Positions 57,928-64,000 of a DNA stretch of 64,000 nucleotides are shown one piece after another. The number at the start of each line of letters is the position of its first letter. The first letter of the stretch is position 1. The translations under genes and the position numbers were made by a program. This DNA is from an uncultured delta proteobacterium (GTDB lineage Bacteria; Desulfobacterota; RBG-13-43-22), in contig CAWBOS010000015.1 in the NCBI GenBank assembly GCA_963790475.1, forward strand, positions 192,001 to 256,000. The letters run 5' to 3'. The notes below the pieces were generated by a model. The model saw nothing but the letters and a program-made list of their open reading frames with translations. It was not told where the DNA came from and ran no database searches.

Positions 57928-59332
57928 ATGAAAACAAGCAACACCATTCTTATCGCTGTCATTGCCGGTATACTTTTTTTAAGCGGCGGATCCTGGTCAG
58001 TCGGGGCATCTGCCCTTACGCCGACAGAAATCCGCGCCATCACAGAAGAGGCCACCATCTGGGGCTTCCCGATCGTGGCCAATTACAAGTTACTTTCCAT
58101 GGTCTTCGACCCAAGATCACCCCTGTACGGGCGTTTCAATATCCTCCGTCACCGCAGGTCTCTGAACACGGCCAAAGACAGAACGGTCGTGGGCCCTAAC
58201 AACGATACGGTCTATAGTATTGCCATCCTGGATCTGGGATCCGAACCGATGGTCTTCCATGTGCCGGACATGGGCGGGCGCTACTATGCTTTTCAATTTA
58301 TTGACCTGGAGGCCACCAACATCGGCTACATCGGCACCAGGGCTACCGGGAACCAGGAAGGGTGGTATGGCGGCCACCGGACCCAATTGGCACGGACAGC
58401 TCCCCTCAAAAATCCTCAAGGCGATCCCTTGCCCTAGCCGCTTTGTCCTGGTCCTCGGGCGCACCCTGGTGAACGGAGAGAGCGACCTGCCGAATGTGGT
58501 AAAGATCCAGGACCAATATGAGCTTATGCCCTTAAGCAGGCTGACCGGGACTCCGGCCCCGAAGCTTCCGACGCCGGATATTATTCCCTATGATGCGCAG
58601 AAAGTCAGGACCCTCGACTTCTTCAATTACCTGAATCTCCTTATCCAGTTTCAAAATTTTGGCCCCGATGAGCAGGCCCTGCTTAGGAAATTCACCGTTA
58701 TCGGCATCGCCCCCGGCAAGCCCTTCGACCCGGCTTTACTCGACGAGCCTACACGCCGGGCGATGGAGGAAGGCCTGCGGGCGGGCCTGGCCAAGATCAA
58801 CGGTCCCAAGATCGGCGATCTGAAGACACCCAGGCGACTGGTCAACGGTTGGTTACAACCTCCCAACGCAGGAAATTCTTTTGGGGGCGACTATCTTATG
58901 CGGGCGGTCGTTTTTGCCAAGGGGCCTTATGGAAACGACAAAGAAGAAGCCCGATATACCCGAGCTTATGTTGACGGCGGTGGACAGCCCTTGGACGCCG
59001 CCAAACATCGTTACGTCTTGCGCCTGTCCAAAGAAGACATGTCCATGCCCAAATACTTCTGGTCCGTGACCATGTATGATCCCAAGGAAGGACAGTTGGT
59101 GGAGAATCCTATTAACCGTTATTCGATCAGCAACCGGACCCCCGGCCTGAAGTATGGGGCGGATGGCTCCCTGACCATCGTCCTTCGGCACGATTCACCC
59201 GGGGAGGACCAGGCCGGCAACTGGCTGCCGGCCCCCAAGGGACCTTTCTATTTGTCCATGCGGATCTACGGACCGAAAGGGGATGTACTCAGCGGAAAAT
59301 GGGCACCACCACCTGTGATGCGCGTGGAGTGA
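57928..59332 (+). pseudogene. DUF1254/DUF1214 exported protein, frameshifted near 58365
   Basis: VVGPNNDTVYS..LDL..EPMV, GTRATG; FWSVTMYD, NPINRYSI, NWLPAPKGPFYLSMRIYGP. Confidence 0.85.
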
Positions 59333-59353
59333 TGAGCACGAAAAATATATACA

Positions 59354-60895
59354 CTACCGCCTGAAAACGATTTTCCCGCCGATAATGGTCATCTCCACTT
59401 TGATATCCTTGATCGCTTCTTCAGGAACCGTAAAGGGATTATCGCGCAGGACCACCAGGTCGGCCAGTTTCCCCGGTGCGATCATACCTTTTTGCTGTTC
59501 GTCAAAAGAACTTCGGGCAGCCATACCAGTAACCATGGCCAGGGCCTCATAGACACTTATCTTTTCTTTTTCCAAAACAATCCCGCCGCTTTTCGACTTC
59601 CGGGTAATCGCCCCATAGATCCCGGCCAGAGGGTTGACCGGGGCAATCGGGGCGTCCGAACCAGCGGCCAGGGAGACGCCGTTTTTCATCAGGGTGCCGA
59701 AGGGATACAAATTTTTTAGCTGAGAAGGATTAACAGATTTAAGATACCTCTCGCCGCTGAAATAGATAAAAGCGGGATTGGAAACAACCATGATCCCGGA
59801 TGAAGCGATTCGTTCAGCCAAGTCAGGCGGACACACCGAACAATGCTCGATCCGATGCCGGAGATCCTTGCGGGGATAAATTCTCTGAGCTTGTTCAATA
59901 GCGTTGCAGGCAGCTTCAATAGCTGTTTCTTCAAGGGCATGGATGGCCGCCTGCTGACCTGCCTTGTGTATGGAGAGTACGACTTCGTTCAGCTCCTCTT
60001 GAGTTGGAAAAAGTTTGCCGGTGGTTTCATCGAGGACGATTTTTACCCCTCCGGGCTTAAGCTGGTTTTTGTCTTTTGTCATTGGGAACTGACTGGACTG
60101 ATATTCCTCAAAACCTTTCCAGCCGAGCATAATCACCACCCGACTGTCCAAAAAACCATCGGCCTTCCATCCTTCAAAAGACCGCCAACGCTCCACATCG
60201 TTTCTGGAAGAGGCGTCTTGAAAACTGGTGATGCCTGCCTTAATCAATACCTGATTGGCCAGCTTCACCCCCTGATCGAGTTGCCCTTTAGCCAAAGGCG
60301 GGATTAAAGATGAGAGGAAATCACCCTGTCCGAAAAAAACACCGGTTGGTTCTCCTGTTTCCAAGTCCCGTTCCATTAACCCACCTGAGGGATCCGGGGT
60401 CTCTATAGTGATGTTCAGCAATGTTAAGGCCCGGGTATTTATAACCTGGGCATGTCCGGAACGATGGGTGAGTTTCACCGGGTGATCGGGGGCAGCCGCA
60501 TCAAGGTCCCTACGGTTGGGATCTCGTTGTTCCTCGAGAAAGGTCTCGTCATAACCGCCGGCCCGGATCCACGTCCCCGGCGGGTGCCTGAAAGATTCCC
60601 GATGAATTCTTTCCTGAATATGGGCAATAGAAGAGACGCCGTTTCCCGGGCTGATGTTCAAAGTGACCAGGCTTTCGGCCAAAGCACGAAGATGAAGGTG
60701 GGCGTCGATGAACCCAGGCAGAACGGTTTTTCCGTTTAGATCGACAACTCCAGTGCGGATATTTAAAAGCCCTTCAAGTTTGTCCCTGGCTCCCACAGCC
60801 AAGATACGTCCGTCTTTTATAGCCAGCGTATCGGCCCTGGGAAAATCAGGGTCCATGGTGACAATTGAGGCATTGGTTATATACAGATCGCTCAT
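59354..60895 (-). CDS. Amidohydrolase 3 family (YtcJ-like)
   Basis: PGFIDAHLH, AAIHA, RHRIEHCS, AGSDAP, GMIAPGKLADLVVL. Confidence 0.92.
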   Translation of the reverse strand: MSDLYITNASIVTMDPDFPRADTLAIKDGRILAVGARDKLEGLLNIRTGVVDLNGKTVLPGFIDAHLHLRALAESLVTLNISPGNGVSSIAHIQERIHRESFRHPPGTWIRAGGYDETFLEEQRDPNRRDLDAAAPDHPVKLTHRSGHAQVINTRALTLLNITIETPDPSGGLMERDLETGEPTGVFFGQGDFLSSLIPPLAKGQLDQGVKLANQVLIKAGITSFQDASSRNDVERWRSFEGWKADGFLDSRVVIMLGWKGFEEYQSSQFPMTKDKNQLKPGGVKIVLDETTGKLFPTQEELNEVVLSIHKAGQQAAIHALEETAIEAACNAIEQAQRIYPRKDLRHRIEHCSVCPPDLAERIASSGIMVVSNPAFIYFSGERYLKSVNPSQLKNLYPFGTLMKNGVSLAAGSDAPIAPVNPLAGIYGAITRKSKSGGIVLEKEKISVYEALAMVTGMAARSSFDEQQKGMIAPGKLADLVVLRDNPFTVPEEAIKDIKVEMTIIGGKIVFRR

Positions 60896-60986
60896 GGAGT
60901 AATAGGGGTAGCCAAGCTCATGAATTTTCCTGCAGGGTTCTTAGCTTCCTTTATTCAAAGACAGGCGAAGGCCTCAAGAAAGAAAA

Positions 60987-61550
60987 CTATTTCTTTAAAC
61001 CCTTACCAATGCTCCAGGCCCGGCCAAGATTTTCGCCAATAGACCAATACTGATTGTCCGGCATGGTTAAGGTAAACGGCTTTATTTTTTTTATATCCAG
61101 CTTACTGTCGGTCATGAATTTTTCTTCTGTGAAAACTTCTTTCGGCTCCCCAATGTAAATCGTATTAGTCGGCAACTTAACAGCCTGATACAAAATGCAA
61201 GACATCCCAATCGGGCATTCTTTTATCAATGGGGCATTTTTATTTTCACCATAAAAAACATCAAAGACCACCGATTTGTCGGTTTTGCTACCCGAAACCA
61301 ACCCGCAATAATCGGTCTTTTCAATTAACGAAACATCGGGAATATTGATGCTGAATTCTTTGTTTTCATCGATCCCTTTATTGGTATGATGCGCTCCTAT
61401 GGCTATGGCCATTAAAGGGGGCCTATTATTAACCCTTGAAATCCAACCCACAGCCATAAAATTGACTTTCCCCTTAAAAACAGTACCCACCAAAACCATT
61501 GGCATGGGATATAAAAACGCCGCACCAGTATCTAATTTAATTTTTCCCAT
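60987..61550 (-). CDS. Flavin reductase family protein (flavoredoxin-like)
   Basis: YPMPMVLVG, NFMAVGW, EFSINIP, DYCGLVSG, APLIKECP. Confidence 0.9.
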   Translation of the reverse strand: MGKIKLDTGAAFLYPMPMVLVGTVFKGKVNFMAVGWISRVNNRPPLMAIAIGAHHTNKGIDENKEFSINIPDVSLIEKTDYCGLVSGSKTDKSVVFDVFYGENKNAPLIKECPIGMSCILYQAVKLPTNTIYIGEPKEVFTEEKFMTDSKLDIKKIKPFTLTMPDNQYWSIGENLGRAWSIGKGLKK

Positions 61551-61838
61551 AGTTTTTCACTCCTTTTTTTGATGACCATCTGTCTGGATTAGAAACAAAC
61601 AAAAGGAATCAATACTCACGATTTAGTCTATGGTAGGGAAAGTACCTTTTGGTGTCAATCAGAATTACTGCTGTATACCTTTCTCTTTTTAAAAGCTGGC
61701 AGAGTCATCCCTTGTCCTTAGTATTTCGGGGTTAGCCCTTGTCATCAGATAATACTTCTGTTAAAATGTTTTAAAATTTGATAGTAAAAAATAAATTAAC
61801 AGGTTCAACCGATTTAACCTCAGGTAATTACATCAAAA

Positions 61839-62249
61839 ATGAAGACCATCCACAAAATAATTCACGGCGATTGCAGGCAGATGAACCTTGTGGCCGATGA
61901 ATCGGTTCATCTGATTATCACTTCTCCTCCATATTGGCAACTTAAAGATTATGGAACAAACGATCAAATCGGCTACCATGAAACTTATGAGAGCTACATA
62001 AATAATCTGAGCCTTGTCTGGAACGAATGTCATAGAGTTTTACAACCTGGTTGTCGTCTCTGCATAAACATTGGCGATCAATTTGCTCGTTCAGTTTACT
62101 ATGGACGATACAAAGTGATCCCCATCAGAACCGAAATTATCAAGTTCTGTGAGACGATCGGTTTTGACTACATGGGAGCGATAATCTGGCAAAAAATTAC
62201 AACAACTAACACGACCGGCGGCGCGACCATCATGGGAAGTTTTCCCTAA
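61839..62249 (+). pseudogene. N4/N6 DNA methyltransferase (beta class), 3'-truncated
   Basis: IIHGDCR, HLIITSPPYW catalytic motif; ends after MGSFP, and the C-terminal SAM-binding FxGxG motif is absent. Confidence 0.85.
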
Positions 62250-62308
62250 TCTTGAAATGAAATCCTGATATGCGATTAATTTGAATATAAAAAAAGGAAA
62301 TTTAATAT

Positions 62309-62452
62309 ATGGAAGAATATAAATGCGAACATTGTAAAGGAATAGTTCAAATAACTATATTAGAAGATACTGAAAAGGAGACAGATCCAATTATAGAATT
62401 CTGTCCCTTCTGCGGGATGTCAAAATATTATCCGAAAGAAATAGAAGTTTGA
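62309..62452 (+). CDS. 47-aa zinc-ribbon-like microprotein
   Basis: AAAGGA RBS; MEEYKCEHCKG...EFCPFCGMSKYYPKEIEV; below ORF-track cutoff. Confidence 0.6.
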   Translation: MEEYKCEHCKGIVQITILEDTEKETDPIIEFCPFCGMSKYYPKEIEV

Positions 62453-62463
62453 ATTGGTTAAAG

Positions 62464-63477
62464 TTAAACTTCTTCTAAATACAAAATGCTATCTCTTACA
62501 TAATACTCTACAAAAATAATATTATTTTCCCTCAAGGCGTCAAGTTGTTTACATAGATTATTGTAATTTTCAAAAATTATTTGTCTAAATTTGCTATTAT
62601 CTTTATCCCTTAAAAAGATTAAATAAAAATTAAATCTCTCTATGTTCTTTGATTCGATTCGATCTGAAAACAAGGAATAGCATAAATGCTTTCTAATTTC
62701 CTTTTCAATCTGGAGGATAATGCTATTTGACAATTTATCCTTTTTTAATTCAAGAACATTTATATTGTTTTTATTTAGAATTGCAATATCTGAAGGGTAA
62801 GCATTCCCAAAAATAAATTGATTGTGGACATTCGATGATCGTATCTGATTATTTCTGTATTTTCCTAACAATTTGTCGATGTTTTTATATGCTTCGCTAT
62901 CGATTCTTTTGAGACTTAAAATTATATAGGATTCTAGGTCACTTTCTGAAGAAAAAAAGTGTTTTTTATCCAATTTATTTTTATCCCATAAGTATTTACA
63001 ATTAACATCGATTATACTACCGGGTAATTCCGAGTATGCCCAATGGTTATGATCTAGACCAAAATGTTTAAAAGTTTCAAATATTGCCTCACCTTCTTCT
63101 TGGGTTAAACATATACAATGCAAATGCTTATTTTGTTGGATCAGATTTATTAATCCAAAATAAAATCTTTCATTTTTTGATTCGATTCCGTTTATATATA
63201 AATCTGTTTCTTCAATTTGTTTTATTTTTTCGATTGGCTTCAGTCGAATACGGTAGAAATAACTCTGTTGTGGATAAATGATAGTTTTATTATGAAAAAG
63301 TTCTTTTAATACTGTAAATGGGCCGAAAAGGGTTTGCGATTTATAGTTGAATTGAGAAAGATAAATTATATCACCTGCGTTTACATTGGCTAACCAATTG
63401 GATTGGGTTGACCCATATGTTAAAAACTTAATACAGTCTTCTGCGAACTTAGTTGTTGTGACAATATAATGCCTCAT
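62464..63477 (-). CDS. Putative DCD/EVE-like plus NucS-like PD-(D/E)xK nuclease
   Basis: N-terminal VNAGDIIYL..FNY..TLFGPF...YRIRL; C-terminal SESDLE...SDIAIL...VLELKKD; very AT-rich. Confidence 0.6.
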   Translation of the reverse strand: MRHYIVTTTKFAEDCIKFLTYGSTQSNWLANVNAGDIIYLSQFNYKSQTLFGPFTVLKELFHNKTIIYPQQSYFYRIRLKPIEKIKQIEETDLYINGIESKNERFYFGLINLIQQNKHLHCICLTQEEGEAIFETFKHFGLDHNHWAYSELPGSIIDVNCKYLWDKNKLDKKHFFSSESDLESYIILSLKRIDSEAYKNIDKLLGKYRNNQIRSSNVHNQFIFGNAYPSDIAILNKNNINVLELKKDKLSNSIILQIEKEIRKHLCYSLFSDRIESKNIERFNFYLIFLRDKDNSKFRQIIFENYNNLCKQLDALRENNIIFVEYYVRDSILYLEEV

Positions 63478-63534
63478 ATTATATGAACTAGCAAAAGGCG
63501 GAGAATTTGTCTAGAAGTAAATTCTTGGACCTTA

Positions 63535-63925
63535 TAATGTGAAACCAACTGACAGAAGGATGGTGGGAGTATTAATTCCTGAATGTCCGACCCAAAGAAC
63601 TTCTGGAAGAGTTAGGTAGGGAACTCTATATCAAAATAACCGAAATAATCCGGGCCGAATGGAGCAAATCACGGAGCAAGACTTAATAGACTATAATTGG
63701 GTTAGTTGGTCATTGACCGCACATTTGATGGGTACATAACCCAAATCGAGACCATCTAGGGACAGTTAGAAAAGTAATTCCAGGTTAAGATTGAACCTGC
63801 CCCCCCACCAATGGGACAGGCTTTTTAAAGTGGACTTTTTTATAAAAATCAAAGACAGCTATATCGGGATACAAATAAAACCTATCCATCAAGGGATATA
63901 GTTATCACAAATCTTCAAAGAACCG
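63535..63925 (+). pseudogene. MjaI-family restriction endonuclease remnant
   Basis: Manual translation LVIDRTFDGYITQIETI*GQLEK*FQVKIEPAPHQWDRLFKVDFFIKIKDSYIGIQIKPI with in-frame stops. Confidence 0.7.
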
Positions 63926-63969
63926 GAGGCTGGCCCTAGTTTTCTAAATACTTAAGAAGGAGGATTGCC

Positions 63970-64000
63970 ATGAGTGAATCACGAGGGGTTGCCATCGTAA
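63970..64000 (+). CDS. Start of next gene, possibly an SDR oxidoreductase (partial)
   Basis: AAGGAGG RBS then MSESRGVAIV. Confidence 0.4.
   Translation, partial: MSESRGVAIV

Overview
Bacterial chromosomal window, most likely from an anaerobic Desulfobacterota (deltaproteobacterial) genome or MAG, judged from the DVU0772-like gene, an AbfD-family dehydratase and the intergenic repeat types. Roughly 1-22 kb is mostly housekeeping (hemW, lepA, infA, arfB, an MdtAB-like RND pump, ruvX, mltG). It is interrupted by a decayed integron-cassette-like array carrying a MazEF-type TA module and by an intact IS4-family element with an extra HTH gene. Roughly 22.5-53 kb is a mosaic accessory region. It holds a PTS Enzyme I fused to an N-terminal membrane domain, a DUF4032-AAA ATPase, an envelope or acid-stress-like cluster (two HtrA, S10 and M16 peptidases, Slp, a P3A H+-ATPase), an ORF-less group II intron remnant, an IS1634 and a non-canonical FrdA-like three-gene module. 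It also holds an AmmeMemoRadiSam operon that looks exported: a Tat-signal radical SAM enzyme with an inserted CxxCH motif, a signal-peptide-bearing AmrB-AmrA fusion and a polytopic spermidine-synthase-like protein. Three of these modules sit behind a related ~100-bp promoter element. The window ends in a destroyed type II R-M locus (MTase plus MjaI-like REase) with an AT-rich DCD/EVE-like PD-(D/E)xK nuclease gene in its middle. Several genes carry frameshifts, which could be decay or assembly error. No rRNA, tRNA or CRISPR array was recognised. All family calls come from motif recognition by eye, not database searches.
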